A DNA stretch of 64,000 bases, taken from a virus. Lineage: Duplodnaviria; Caudoviricetes. Below are positions 45,339 to 56,176 of this stretch, in pieces; within the stretch, counting starts at the first letter, position 1; every line of letters begins with the position of its first letter. The stretch covers positions 1,253-65,252 of IMG/VR virus record IMGVR_UViG_3300044691_000535; one strand, given 5' to 3'. A program made the translations under genes and the position numbers. Under the pieces are notes generated by a model. The model searched no databases. It saw only the letters and a program-made list of their open reading frames with translations, and was not told the DNA's origin.

Positions 45339-46727
45339 ATGTCTTACTCGATTGTCCAAGAGATCGTCTCCGAGACCGTCGCTCCTGCGCCGATCACCTA
45401 TCAGGCCACCGGCGCGATCGTGTCCCAAGGCGCGACCACGATCCCGACGGGTACGTCTCAACTGCTCACGCAGAAGTCTGACCTGACGCAATACCTACCC
45501 GCTCCCTTAACGATTTCCAGCATCACGTGGAGTTCCGGTACGGCCCTCGTCACCGCAGGCGCCACCATCCCCGGTCGCACCGCAGGCGACGTGTTCACGA
45601 CCACCATCGCAGGCGTTACGCCGGCCGGCTACAACGGCTTGGTCCGCGCAACCGTGACGGGCGCGAACACGCTCACCTATGCGCTGCTCTCCAATCCCGG
45701 CGCTCAGACGGTGGCGGGCACCTACACGGTACCTGGCGTAGGCGAGCTCGTGGCGCAGATGAATACGTTTTATGCGCAGGGCAGTCAGCAGTCGGTCTAC
45801 GTGCTCGAGCTGGGGGCCGGGGACCAAACCACGGGACCTGCCGCGCTCGGTACGTGGGATGCGACGAACCCGGACATTTTCTACAGCTATCTGGTGCCGA
45901 AGGGCTGGGATGCGAGCGCGGGCCTCACGGCCCTGATGGCGAGCTACCAAGCGCTCAACGCACAGAAATACTTCTTCATTACCTCGAAAGTGAGCACGTA
46001 CGCCGCCGCATACTCCGCTTTGCAGAAGTGCGGCTATGTGCTGATTGAAGCCCCTGGCACGCCGCTCACCGAATTCAGTTGCGCCGCCCCGTTCCAGCGC
46101 TCGTTGGCCTATGCGCCGTCTACCACTAACCGCATGACGCAGTTCCGGTATGCGTTCCTGTTCGGTGTGACCCCATACCCGACGTTCAGCAACGGCACGC
46201 TGCTCACCACCTTGCAGAACGCCAAGGTCAACGTTATTGGGACGGGTGCCGAAGGCGGCATCAGTACGGCGGTCAACTGGTGGGGCACGATGCTGGACGG
46301 AAACGATTTCTCCGTCTGGTACGAAATCGACTGGATCCAGCTTCAGTGCGATCAGGCCGTTGCAAATGCCGTGATCAACGGCTCCAACGATCCTCTCAAT
46401 CCGCTGTACTACAACCAGCCTGGCATCAATCAGTTGCAGGACGTCACAGTCCAGACGGTGCAGAACGCGATCACCTTTGGCCTTGCGAACGGGACCTCAG
46501 CGCGTGCAGCGATGGATGGCCCCGTGTTCTCCAATGCACTGGCGACGGGTCAGTTTCTGGATCAGGACGTGGTCAACGCGGTGCCGTTCATCACGTACAT
46601 CCAGGAGAACCCGGCGAACTACGAGGCAGGGTTGTATGGAGGGCTGTCGGTGGTGTTTATTCCACAGAAGGGGTTTTCGAAAGTGATTTTCAACATCAAC
46701 GTCAACTTCAACCCCGGCGCAGCCTGA
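45339..46727 (+). CDS. Tail sheath protein (DUF3383-like)
   Basis: VYVLELG, FYSYLVP, GTGAEGG, WY.IDW.Q, PLYYNQPGINQL. Confidence 0.85.
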   Translation: MSYSIVQEIVSETVAPAPITYQATGAIVSQGATTIPTGTSQLLTQKSDLTQYLPAPLTISSITWSSGTALVTAGATIPGRTAGDVFTTTIAGVTPAGYNGLVRATVTGANTLTYALLSNPGAQTVAGTYTVPGVGELVAQMNTFYAQGSQQSVYVLELGAGDQTTGPAALGTWDATNPDIFYSYLVPKGWDASAGLTALMASYQALNAQKYFFITSKVSTYAAAYSALQKCGYVLIEAPGTPLTEFSCAAPFQRSLAYAPSTTNRMTQFRYAFLFGVTPYPTFSNGTLLTTLQNAKVNVIGTGAEGGISTAVNWWGTMLDGNDFSVWYEIDWIQLQCDQAVANAVINGSNDPLNPLYYNQPGINQLQDVTVQTVQNAITFGLANGTSARAAMDGPVFSNALATGQFLDQDVVNAVPFITYIQENPANYEAGLYGGLSVVFIPQKGFSKVIFNINVNFNPGAA

Positions 46728-46740
46728 CAGGAGTTGATTC

Positions 46741-47181
46741 GTGTCAAACCCTAATGTGATCCTTGGCAACCTAAATCGCTTGGTCTCTAGCCTTTCTTGG
46801 CCGAGTTTTCCATCGTTGAATGTGACCCCGCCCTATCTCGGGCGCGCCGGTATCCGATTCTCACGCGCAGGCGGAGCTACTGCGATGTTGCCGCAGATGA
46901 CCGGTGTTGTACTGTCACCCGAACCATTCATGTTAGTGACCGTGTCACTCGCATTGCTGAAGACACAGGGATTGTGCCAAGCCTATGAAGCTGCGCTTCA
47001 GACGAATTCGATTCTTGGAAACGGTGTGGTTCGCGCGGATGTGACGCAGGGACTTCAGCCACTCGATATCGTGAATTGCGCGATTGAGAACATTGGCGAC
47101 CTGTCATTCGCGGGCGATGATGCGGTGTATCCGGTCAGCATCCAAGGGACGCTGTATATAAATAACAATTTGTGGCCGTGA
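46741..47181 (+). CDS. Tail tube protein
   Basis: 146 aa directly after the sheath gene; GNLNRL, TG.V.SPEP, LLKTQ. Confidence 0.8.
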   Translation: MSNPNVILGNLNRLVSSLSWPSFPSLNVTPPYLGRAGIRFSRAGGATAMLPQMTGVVLSPEPFMLVTVSLALLKTQGLCQAYEAALQTNSILGNGVVRADVTQGLQPLDIVNCAIENIGDLSFAGDDAVYPVSIQGTLYINNNLWP

Positions 47182-47741
47182 TGCATATCGACAAACGCTT
47201 GAATCTCTTGATTCCAATCGAGCGCGCGGATAAATCTAAGATGTTCGTTCACTCGACGCCGATCTCATCTCAGATTTTCGACACGTACTTTCTGCCGATC
47301 GCCAAAGCATTCTCGTCCATCTACACGGAAGGACTTGGCCCGGTCGCCGGCCCCCGCATCGCCGACAAGATGCTGAAGAAAGTTTCTATGGAATTGGGCG
47401 TGTGGGAAGGCTCGGCGGGCGTGCAGAACGGGCTCGTCAACCACATCGAGCACGCGACCAACATCCTCATGGTCGGAAAGTCGGGATGGGAAATGATTCC
47501 CTACTACGATGCAAAGGCCGGCGGCCTCATAGATCCGGACGACGTCTCGGAGGTGGACGCCGCAATTACCTTTTTTATCTTGGCCTCGGCGATGCACAGA
47601 CGGGCCGAACTGAAGGGGATTCTGGATGGGGCGATGTCACTCTGGGGTGCGCAGACCGAATCGTTGAACTGTACGGAGTATCTGAGCTCCTTGCGGACAT
47701 CGACCGCAGCCGCGAATTCTGGCGCGATGGCGGCGGCTTAG
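47181..47741 (+). CDS. Tail assembly chaperone
   Basis: Position between tube and tape measure genes. Confidence 0.7.
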   Translation: MHIDKRLNLLIPIERADKSKMFVHSTPISSQIFDTYFLPIAKAFSSIYTEGLGPVAGPRIADKMLKKVSMELGVWEGSAGVQNGLVNHIEHATNILMVGKSGWEMIPYYDAKAGGLIDPDDVSEVDAAITFFILASAMHRRAELKGILDGAMSLWGAQTESLNCTEYLSSLRTSTAAANSGAMAAA

Positions 47742-47892
47742 TCGCGGACGTTCTCGACTGGGTGTCGGGGAAAGGGTTTCGCAAATTCTTCGAGCGCCTC
47801 GATGAGTTTGATTTCAGATCCGCTCAGGAATACAGGCAACGTCACATCATTCAGGCGATGAAAGGGATGATGCAAATGTGAGGAGTTAGCAC

Positions 47893-49548
47893 TTGACCGT
47901 CAAAAGTATCGTCGACGTCGAGATGCGGACGGCCCAATGGGACGAATACCAAGCTAACTTCCAGAAGTATCAGGCCCAGGTTGAGAAGAATCCGTCGCTA
48001 TGGGCCAAGTCGGGCAAAGAGCTAAAGAACGTCGCGTCCGGCTTCCAGAAAGTGGTCGCCGGCATGTTCGTCCAGACCCAACTCAACCGCGAGATGGGCG
48101 AGGCGCACAAAAATCAGGCGAAGCACCTGACGCAATCCGAGAAGCTCTGGACCTCGATCTCGAAATCCGCTAAGTCAGTCTCCTCCAGCATCCTAGGTGC
48201 GACGCGCTCGCTGCTGCATTGGACGCGCATTCTCACCGAAATAGGCGGCTTTCTCGGCGCTGGCGGTCTGTGGGGCATCGATCGCATCGCAGGCGGGGTG
48301 GCCAACCAACGTCAATCGGCCATGGGCCTCGGGATGTCGATTGGGGGCCAGTCAGCCTTCAAAACCTACTTCGAGCGGCTGGGGGATCCGAACCAGTTTC
48401 TCGACATGGTCAACCAGATTGAGACCGATCCGCGCGCCTGGGCTGGCGCGGCGCTGGGCGTAGCTAAGACGGGCAATGCGGACCGAGACTCCATTGCGCT
48501 GCTGAAGTCCATGCGCGCGCACGCGTTGGCGACGCCGACCTCGCAACTAGGCTTGATGGACACGCAGTACGGTACGAAGGTCGGTGAGGAGTACTGGCGG
48601 CGGTTGAAAGACACGCCCACGGAAGAATTCAACAAACTCATTCAGCAGTATCAGGCCAACCAGGGCCAGATGCAGATTCCGAACGCGGGCGCATGGCAGG
48701 GGCTCAAGACGCAACTCGGCGCCAACTGGAACAAGGTTGGGGCGGCATTCGACACGCGACTCGGCGAACTGGCACCCAACCTGAGCAAGCTCAGCGATAG
48801 CTTCACGAAGCTCGCGATTGCCGTGATCAACAGTCCTGAGATCGAGAAGGGACTGACTGCAGTAGGCAAGTGGATGGACAAGGTGTCTGATGTAGTCGGT
48901 AGCCCCGGATTCATCGATAAAGTCGAACAGTTCATATTTGACTTCGGTGAGGGCGTCAGCAAGTTTGTCGATGGCATCGAGCGCGTGGCCGCGGCGATTC
49001 AGAAGATCGCGAGCTATCTGCCCGGTTACGACAGCGGCGCGGGCGCATCGGGCACGAAAGGGCGGTATTTCGACAAGCTCTCCACGCTGGAATCAAACTC
49101 GAATCTGAAGAAAGGTCTGTTGGGTTACCAGTTCCAACGTGAGTCTGGTGGCTCGTTCAATCCGGCTGACAACAAAGGCCACGTCGGCGCCTTTCAGTTT
49201 GACCCGGCGACGGCTGACTGGCTCAACAAGAAGTATCACAAGCATCTGGACCCGCGTAATCCTGAGCAGGCGGCGATCCTGGCGGACTACTACGACGAGT
49301 ACCTGTCGCAAAAATATGGCGGCGATACGGGGAAGATGATCGCGGGTTGGAATTATGGAGAAGGGCGCCTCGATGCCTTGATGAAGAAGCACCCGAAAGA
49401 CTGGGGTAAATACTTGCCGCAAGAGACGAAGGATTACATCAGCGGCGCCCCGCAGAATCTGAATGCGCACGCTCCAGGACTCGTGATCAGAATGGAGAAT
49501 GCAACGGGCGGCTCTGCGATTGCGTCCGCGAGCGCGTTGCCGCACTAA
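47893..49548 (+). CDS. Tape measure protein with C-terminal lytic transglycosylase
   Basis: Helical body; RESG..FNP, GAFQF.PATA, AGWNYGEG SLT motifs. Confidence 0.85.
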   Translation: MTVKSIVDVEMRTAQWDEYQANFQKYQAQVEKNPSLWAKSGKELKNVASGFQKVVAGMFVQTQLNREMGEAHKNQAKHLTQSEKLWTSISKSAKSVSSSILGATRSLLHWTRILTEIGGFLGAGGLWGIDRIAGGVANQRQSAMGLGMSIGGQSAFKTYFERLGDPNQFLDMVNQIETDPRAWAGAALGVAKTGNADRDSIALLKSMRAHALATPTSQLGLMDTQYGTKVGEEYWRRLKDTPTEEFNKLIQQYQANQGQMQIPNAGAWQGLKTQLGANWNKVGAAFDTRLGELAPNLSKLSDSFTKLAIAVINSPEIEKGLTAVGKWMDKVSDVVGSPGFIDKVEQFIFDFGEGVSKFVDGIERVAAAIQKIASYLPGYDSGAGASGTKGRYFDKLSTLESNSNLKKGLLGYQFQRESGGSFNPADNKGHVGAFQFDPATADWLNKKYHKHLDPRNPEQAAILADYYDEYLSQKYGGDTGKMIAGWNYGEGRLDALMKKHPKDWGKYLPQETKDYISGAPQNLNAHAPGLVIRMENATGGSAIASASALPH

Positions 49549-49551
49549 ATC

Positions 49552-50331
49552 ATGGCCAGCAACGCCAGTCGGACCGCGTGGGCCATAGCGTTCCAGAAGA
49601 CCCCCATCCTCTTGACACGCGGCATCGCCACTAATCTCCCCGGCGGCATCCTGCCAATTGTGGCGCTCACGGAGGCCGCCAATTTCGCGACGGGACTTCT
49701 CCAGGGAAAAATCAACATCGACCTGGACAACTTCTTCGCGAACTGGAAGCCGATGCCGGGTTCGGCTCTGATCTCATTTCAAGCCGCTACCTACCCATTC
49801 GCGAATCAGGCGATAGCTGCGAACGCGATCATCTCGCAGCCACTGCCAATCTCGATGCTGATGACGTGCCCAGCGCAGTTACCGCCCGCGAGCGGGAATG
49901 TGCAGCTCGCGCCCACATTGCCGGGCCAGACCGCGCTCGCTCAGAAGAGCGGCGGCTATCCCGGCAAGCTCGCGGTCATTACGGCCTTGCAGACCACGCT
50001 GGCGCTGCACAGCGGCCTCGGCGGTACGTATTCGGTCATGACGCCGTCGTTCATCTACACCGACTGTCTGCTGCTCAACATGCGCGATGTGTCAGGCGGC
50101 GAGAGTCAGCAGGTGCAGTACACGTACCAGTTTGACTTCCTGCAGCCGCTGGTGTCGCTCGCTTCCGCGCAGTCGGCGCTGAATAGCTTGATGCAGAAGC
50201 TCACCAATAACACACCGATTTCCGGCGCGACCAATACGCCTCTACCGACCGCGTTGCCCTCCAGCATTCCGTCGCCTCTGGTGGCGAGCTATCCGAGCGT
50301 GCAGGGCATCACGGGACCGAGCGCGTTCTGA
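49552..50331 (+). CDS. Tail/baseplate initiator protein
   Basis: YPFANQ..AANA.I; synteny. Confidence 0.7.
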   Translation: MASNASRTAWAIAFQKTPILLTRGIATNLPGGILPIVALTEAANFATGLLQGKINIDLDNFFANWKPMPGSALISFQAATYPFANQAIAANAIISQPLPISMLMTCPAQLPPASGNVQLAPTLPGQTALAQKSGGYPGKLAVITALQTTLALHSGLGGTYSVMTPSFIYTDCLLLNMRDVSGGESQQVQYTYQFDFLQPLVSLASAQSALNSLMQKLTNNTPISGATNTPLPTALPSSIPSPLVASYPSVQGITGPSAF

Positions 50332-50810
50332 TGAGCACGTTCGTTGACTTCGCGCCCAACCTGCTCGCGCCGTTTCAGTTTCAGCCGACGTTGGCGAACG
50401 GCCAGCAGTATCTCGTGACCGTGCCGTGGAACGAATTTGGGCAGCGCTATTACATCAACGTGACAGACCTGTCGGGCAACCCGATCCTGTACCGCGGATT
50501 GTCGGCGACCGGTCCGACACTACAGGCGTTGCTGGTGTGGAATGAGGGCGTGGTGACCGCGACCATGCAATTACCGCACAACGTGCCGATCGCCTCGGTG
50601 GCCAATATTCGCATCACCGGTGATAACGGATTTGACGGGGTCTACCAGGCGCTTTCAACGGGACCTAGCACGCTGACCTATCCGTTGCTGGTCAATCCGC
50701 AGGAGGCGTTGCCCATTTCGGGGAAGGTCAACTTCGATTTGGATTTGTTGGCAGGGTACGGGATTGGGTTCCTCGTTTGGCACGAGGACACTGGCCAGTT
50801 CGAATTCTGA
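50331..50810 (+). CDS. Baseplate protein with an inserted beta domain
   Basis: PFQFQPTL, WN.FGQRYYI...D. Confidence 0.7.
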   Translation: MSTFVDFAPNLLAPFQFQPTLANGQQYLVTVPWNEFGQRYYINVTDLSGNPILYRGLSATGPTLQALLVWNEGVVTATMQLPHNVPIASVANIRITGDNGFDGVYQALSTGPSTLTYPLLVNPQEALPISGKVNFDLDLLAGYGIGFLVWHEDTGQFEF

Positions 50811-50811
50811 C

Positions 50812-51906
50812 ATGCGCTATTACTCGATATTGTTGTCGGACCCCATCACCGGGAATGTCTACCAGATAAACCAGAAGGGCGACGGCTTCACGCTGAAAGC
50901 GGGCGGTGCGTTTACCTTCGCGAGCACCACCACGGGCGGTGTCAGTGGTGGCACGATTCTAGGGGCTCTCAATGTCGGGTTCGATATTCCGGCCGCTCCG
51001 TTCAACCAGCCACAAGGCCAAGCGCGCTTAAAGATTTGGGGCGTGGGGCTGAACATGATCAGCCAGTCAGCCAACTTCAACCCGAATCCGCTGGCCACTC
51101 CGTACAAGCCGGGAGCCAACATTTCGATCAGCGCCGGCATGCAGAAAGGCTTGCCGCTGGCCAATCCCGCACAGGCCGGGCTGCTCGTGCAAGGGACCGT
51201 CTTCCAAGCGTGGGGTAACTGGCAACTGACCGAGCAGACGTTGGAGTTCCTCTTCAATCCCGGCTCCATGCAGCAGAACCAGCAAATCCAATGGAAGTGG
51301 CCGGCCGGGATGCCACTCGCAACCGCACTGCAGACCACGTTCCAACAGGCGTTCTCTCAATACAAGCTTGTGGTCGATCCTGCAAATATCACGATTGCAC
51401 CCGATATCCAGCAGGCGAGTGAAGAAAGCGGCACGTACGACAACATTTTTCAGTTTGCGGCCTACATTCAGGATCGCAGCCAGACCATTGGCGCACAGAC
51501 CCACGGCAGCGATTACTCAGGCGTGCTCATTACCATTACGGGAAACTCGATCTTCGCCTACGACAGTTTGAATCCACGCAAGACGATCACGCTGAATTTT
51601 CAGGACCTCATCGGGCAGCCGACATGGGTTGAGCCTAGAACGATCAGCTTCAAGACCGTGCTGCGTTCGGATATCGCGATCGGCAACCTGATTAAATTCC
51701 CGGTGGATAGTCAAGGCCAGCCCGTCATCGTGGCGCCGTACGCGCTGACGAGTCAGGCGGCAGCAACGCCCGGATTCCCTGCTCGCAGCCAGACCGCCTT
51801 TCAAGGCCAGTTCAGCGTCAGCCGAGTCCAACACTTCGCCAATTTCCGCCAGGCTGATGCGGATAGTTGGGTCACCGCTTTCGAGGCTGTCTCGCTGACC
51901 ACGTAA
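50812..51906 (+). CDS. Baseplate hub protein
   Basis: AGMQKGLPLANP, DLIGQPTW, NFRQ.DA.SWVT. Confidence 0.75.
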   Translation: MRYYSILLSDPITGNVYQINQKGDGFTLKAGGAFTFASTTTGGVSGGTILGALNVGFDIPAAPFNQPQGQARLKIWGVGLNMISQSANFNPNPLATPYKPGANISISAGMQKGLPLANPAQAGLLVQGTVFQAWGNWQLTEQTLEFLFNPGSMQQNQQIQWKWPAGMPLATALQTTFQQAFSQYKLVVDPANITIAPDIQQASEESGTYDNIFQFAAYIQDRSQTIGAQTHGSDYSGVLITITGNSIFAYDSLNPRKTITLNFQDLIGQPTWVEPRTISFKTVLRSDIAIGNLIKFPVDSQGQPVIVAPYALTSQAAATPGFPARSQTAFQGQFSVSRVQHFANFRQADADSWVTAFEAVSLTT

Positions 51907-51919
51907 TGAGGGCCTGATT

Positions 51920-52585
51920 TTGTCTGACGCGCAGAAAATACCGTTCCTCAAGAGCATGAACGCGTTCGCGCAGCAGAAGGCTGTGGACGAGATCATGAAG
52001 CGAGGACAGGCGCTGCCGGGCAAAGTCGTGGCCGTAGAAGGCGCGATTGTGACGGTGAACTTTCAGGTGACCGGGCTCGTGGCACCTAATGTCACCATGC
52101 CACTGTTTGGACCGGAGTACATCCGGTACCCCATACAAGTGGGCGATTTGGGCGTCGCATTTCCGGCGGCCGTATACCTGGGTGGCGTGTCGGGATTGGG
52201 TGGCGGAACGGCTGATACCTCGTTACGAGGGAATCTTTCGACGCTGGTGTTTTTCCCGATCGGCAATACCAACTGGGCGACGCCCCCCGGTAGTGATGCC
52301 AACACGCTCGCGCTCTACGGAAAGCTGGCGCTGTTGCTGCTCGATTCACTCGCCGGACATGGCAGCCTGAAACTCACCGCCTCCGGCATCACGCTCACCT
52401 TCGGTAGTGGCAGTCTGACGATGAACAGCAGCGGCGTCACCCTGGCCTTCGGGAGCCACAGCATCGTGATCACCTCTTCAGGGGTCACGCTCGGGCCCGA
52501 TACGACGATTGATGCAAAGAGTTTCCTGCCGCACGAGCACAGTGGAGTGCAGGCCGGTGGAAGCAACACGGGCGGGGTGGTGTGA
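51920..52585 (+). CDS. Baseplate central spike
   Basis: OB-fold N-terminus, beta-helix repeats, C-terminal HEHSGV metal-binding motif. Confidence 0.85.
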   Translation: MSDAQKIPFLKSMNAFAQQKAVDEIMKRGQALPGKVVAVEGAIVTVNFQVTGLVAPNVTMPLFGPEYIRYPIQVGDLGVAFPAAVYLGGVSGLGGGTADTSLRGNLSTLVFFPIGNTNWATPPGSDANTLALYGKLALLLLDSLAGHGSLKLTASGITLTFGSGSLTMNSSGVTLAFGSHSIVITSSGVTLGPDTTIDAKSFLPHEHSGVQAGGSNTGGVV

Positions 52586-52932
52586 TGCGCGTCTATGGGC
52601 GCGCGATGGTCAATGGCGTGTTGACTTGGCTGGTCGTAGAGACCGACGCTAACGGGGACAGCAGTCTCGTCTACGTCACTGCACTGTGCCAATGTCTGAA
52701 ACTCTCCACGAACGAAAGTCCTTTCTGGAGCACCTCGGGCATACCCGCCGCGCAAAGTGTCATCCAGCAGGTCGCTCCTGACTACTACGTAACCCTCACG
52801 CAGCAAGCCTTCGCCGGCTACTTCGCCTCGCTTGTGATCAGCCGATTGAACAACCCGACACCGACTTACCAGGTGTCCATCGTGACCAAGCAGGGTGCCG
52901 TCATTAACGCCAGCATTCCGATTCCGACATGA
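52582..52932 (+). CDS. Baseplate wedge protein (gpW/gp25-like position)
   Basis: LKL...ESPFW...GIP; precedes the J-like gene. Confidence 0.7.
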   Translation: MMRVYGRAMVNGVLTWLVVETDANGDSSLVYVTALCQCLKLSTNESPFWSTSGIPAAQSVIQQVAPDYYVTLTQQAFAGYFASLVISRLNNPTPTYQVSIVTKQGAVINASIPIPT

Positions 52933-54143
52933 GCAGTTTCGACTTCCCCGTGATCCTGGGCGCGAACGGTCTGCAGCCGCAGGACCCGACTTCGCTCAAG
53001 GATCAGCTGCTGGCGAATGTGGCGGCCACCAATCCCGGCTACACCGCCAACCTCCCCGGCATCCTGATCGAGGACGTCAGCAGCACCGATGTGGCGGCCA
53101 TCGTGCTGTGCGATCAGGCCAAAGTCGAGCTCGTCAATTCGCTGACCCCCAATGGCGCGAACGAGTTTTTGCTCGGACAGCTCGGCACGATCTACTTAGG
53201 CGAGGGCGCGCCCGGCAAGCCCACCAATACCAGCGTGCTGGTTGTGTTCACGGGCACCGTGGGTTACGTGATCCCCAACGGCATGCTGGTCTCCGACGGC
53301 ACCAATACGTATCAGGTGCAGGGCGGCGGGGTTATAGCCGGCGGTGGCAGTTCCTCGCCCATCAATGCTATCGCGGTGCAGAGCGGCTCGTTCGGTGTGG
53401 CAGCCAATACGGTCAACCAGATCCAGACCTCCGTTCCTTCGAGTGTCAGTTTAACGGTCAACAACCCGATCGCCGGCACCCCCGCCGGCCAGACCGAAAC
53501 GTGGTCGTCCTTTCGCGCCCGCGTGCTGCAGGCGGGACTCGTGGCTTGCTCGAGCAGCGCGCGCGGCATTAAAACGCTCGTCGGTCTCGTGACCGGGGTG
53601 CAGCCCAATCTGATCTCCGTGCGACTCGCGTCCGGCGGTTTCGAGGTCATCGTGGGCGGCGGCGATCCTTATCAGGTCGCCTACGCCATTTTCTCGGCCG
53701 TCGACAATCCGGCCGCCTTGCAGGGCTCAGCCACCACGATCCGCAATGTGACGGTCTCGCTGATCGACCCGCCGAACACCTACAACATCATTCGCGTCAA
53801 TCCCCCGCAGCAGGTGGTCACGCTGACAGCGACCTGGAACACGGTGCTTACCAGTTTCACGGGCGGCGGCGCCTTTGCAAGCCTGGTGCAGCCGGCGCTG
53901 GTCGCGTACCTCAACTCGATTCCGGCGGGCCAGCCCATCAACATCCTCGAGATTAACCAACTCTTTCAGCAGGCGATTGCTTCCGTACTGGATCCGACCT
54001 TGCTCACGCGACTCGTCTTTTCAGTCGACATCAACGGGACACCGACGTCGCCCACGAGTGGCACCTATGCGATCCCCGGAGATCCAGAAAGCTACTTCTT
54101 TACGGCAGTAGATGGCAGCGGTATCACGGTGGTGCAGGGCTGA
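52929..54143 (+). CDS. Baseplate J-like protein
   Basis: LPG.LIED, V.FTGT.G.VIP.G..V, ETW..FRARV, GGGDPY.VA.AI. Confidence 0.88.
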   Translation: MSSFDFPVILGANGLQPQDPTSLKDQLLANVAATNPGYTANLPGILIEDVSSTDVAAIVLCDQAKVELVNSLTPNGANEFLLGQLGTIYLGEGAPGKPTNTSVLVVFTGTVGYVIPNGMLVSDGTNTYQVQGGGVIAGGGSSSPINAIAVQSGSFGVAANTVNQIQTSVPSSVSLTVNNPIAGTPAGQTETWSSFRARVLQAGLVACSSSARGIKTLVGLVTGVQPNLISVRLASGGFEVIVGGGDPYQVAYAIFSAVDNPAALQGSATTIRNVTVSLIDPPNTYNIIRVNPPQQVVTLTATWNTVLTSFTGGGAFASLVQPALVAYLNSIPAGQPINILEINQLFQQAIASVLDPTLLTRLVFSVDINGTPTSPTSGTYAIPGDPESYFFTAVDGSGITVVQG

Positions 54144-54146
54144 TCG

Positions 54147-55181
54147 ATGCTGGCGACCACGCTCAAATCATACGTCTACCAGGAGTATGCGGACGACGAT
54201 GATTTGCAGGCCTTTGCAGGCGCCTACAACGGCGCCACGCAGGCGTACGTCGATTGGTTCAATCAGGTAGGTCTACCCTACTATCCGGGCCTGACGGGTC
54301 CCTTGCTCAACTGGGTGGCCGAGGGGCTCTATGGGTTGAAGCGCAACTCGCTAGCCTCGCCGTTCTCGCCCGCCTTGGGGCCGCCCAATACGTTCGCGCC
54401 CAATACCCTGGTGCCCAATGGGTACACACCTTCGAGCCAGACGTTCTACACCCTTAGCGATGATGTCTTTCAGCGCATTCTCACCTGGGATTTATTCAAG
54501 GGCGACGGCAAGCGCTTTTCGATTCGCTGGCTCAAGCGCCGCATCATGCGGTTCATCTTAGGAACCAATGGCATCGATCCGCAGCCGGGCCAACCGGGGT
54601 TCGTGATCGGCACGGAGAATACCCAGGCCATCGGGGTGCTGATCTCCACTTCGACGAACATCTGCACGGTCTCGATCAACCAGACCCTGCTGTCGGCGCT
54701 CGTGCAGGTGGACCCCGGCATCCTGAGTCTGTTCAAGTTGGCCTTTCAGGGCGCAGCGCTCGACCTGCCGGTGCAGTACACCTACGTCTGCAACATCATC
54801 AGCGCCTTCACAGCGCTGAGTGCTCCCAATATCCAGAGCAGTACGGATTCCGCACTGTCGCAGACGACGGGCGTGGCGACGGCACTCGTCACGGGTGGCA
54901 CGAGCTTTTACACCTACGCGTGGGTCTGGGCCAGTGGCGGCGCGGGGATCACGATCAATTCCCCTTCTGCGGCCTCCACGAGCTTCAGCGCTTCAGGCCT
55001 CACGTGGGGGCAAACGGTCAGCGGACTGGCGCAGTGCACGGTCACCGACACAGTCTCGAGTCTCACGGCGGTGGCGACCTGTCTGGTGACCATCAACTGC
55101 ATACCGCCTCCCAGCATTCTGGCCGAGAACGTCAATTGGCTGCTCACTGAGTCCGGTATTCCGATCGTCCTGGAGCCTTGA
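54147..55181 (+). CDS. Baseplate wedge protein (DUF2612-like) with a C-terminal Ig-like extension
   Basis: LLNWVA.GLYG..R, LSDDVFQRILTW..FKGDG. Confidence 0.75.
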   Translation: MLATTLKSYVYQEYADDDDLQAFAGAYNGATQAYVDWFNQVGLPYYPGLTGPLLNWVAEGLYGLKRNSLASPFSPALGPPNTFAPNTLVPNGYTPSSQTFYTLSDDVFQRILTWDLFKGDGKRFSIRWLKRRIMRFILGTNGIDPQPGQPGFVIGTENTQAIGVLISTSTNICTVSINQTLLSALVQVDPGILSLFKLAFQGAALDLPVQYTYVCNIISAFTALSAPNIQSSTDSALSQTTGVATALVTGGTSFYTYAWVWASGGAGITINSPSAASTSFSASGLTWGQTVSGLAQCTVTDTVSSLTAVATCLVTINCIPPPSILAENVNWLLTESGIPIVLEP

Positions 55182-56164
55182 TGTCGATCCAACTATTCGC
55201 CAACAATCCCACGACGACGCTTGCCGCCAACATTACCTCCGGCTCTACGAGCTTGCAGGTACAGACCGGGTCCGGCGCGCTGTTCCCCGTCATTGCCGGC
55301 GGCAGTGGCAATTGGTTCGTCCTGACGCTGATGAAAGCGGGCGCCCCGGCGACGCTCGAAATCGTCAGAGCGACCGCAACAGCCACCGATACATTCGCCA
55401 TTGCGCGCGCGCAGGAAAGCACCGCCGCTCTTGCGTGGAATACGGGTGATACGGTTGCGCTCCTGATCACAGCCGGTGCGCTGAACGGTTTCGTGCAGCC
55501 CGCGCAACTTCAGCAGCAGGGCGGTAGTTATGCGATCGATACGGGAGCCGCCAATGCGTATGTGGTGGGGCTGACGCCGGTACTCACCGCCCATGTCGTG
55601 GGCATGCCGATTCGCTGGATGGCCGCGCATGGCAGTGGTCCGGGCACCTGCACGTTCAATGATGGCGCCGGTGTCGGTTCGATGGTGGCGCAGATAGGCC
55701 CGTTGGCCCAGGGCATGATCACCGCAGGCGACATTTATACCTGTGTGTGGGATGGGGGCCGATTCCAACTCCTGAATCCGACGATCTACGCAAGCCGAGG
55801 GCAGTTCACCGGTATCCTCAGCGACGTGAGCGGCGCGGGCACGCTCACCATCAATTGGTCTCGTGTGTTTGACATGGTGACGCTGTTCAATTCCACGAGT
55901 TGGGTCTCCAGCAGTACGAGCAACATCCTGTCGCTGACCAAGAGTGGTGGTTTTCCGCCCGACATCATCCCGGTGACGAGCAAAATTGTGTCCGCGTCAG
56001 GTTTGGCCTTTGAGGACAACAGCGTGGTCGGTGGATTTACGGTGGATGCGGAGATCTTCAACACAGGGTTCATCACGTTCTTTAAGAACGGCGGAGGCGT
56101 ATGGACCGTTGGTGGCAGTAAGGGAATCAACGGCACCATGTGTATTAGTTACTCCGTGTCATAG
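55178..56164 (+). CDS. Tail fibre protein
   Basis: FANN..TTLA, EIV..TA...D...I.RAQE.T.A..W, DTGAANAY. Confidence 0.8.
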   Translation: MMSIQLFANNPTTTLAANITSGSTSLQVQTGSGALFPVIAGGSGNWFVLTLMKAGAPATLEIVRATATATDTFAIARAQESTAALAWNTGDTVALLITAGALNGFVQPAQLQQQGGSYAIDTGAANAYVVGLTPVLTAHVVGMPIRWMAAHGSGPGTCTFNDGAGVGSMVAQIGPLAQGMITAGDIYTCVWDGGRFQLLNPTIYASRGQFTGILSDVSGAGTLTINWSRVFDMVTLFNSTSWVSSSTSNILSLTKSGGFPPDIIPVTSKIVSASGLAFEDNSVVGGFTVDAEIFNTGFITFFKNGGGVWTVGGSKGINGTMCISYSVS

Positions 56165-56176
56165 GATCAACAACGC

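Noticed and set aside
972-50432. Scattered GTTCCAC parS half-sites
   Set aside because: About ten seen, close to chance expectation for a 7-mer on both strands of 64 kb
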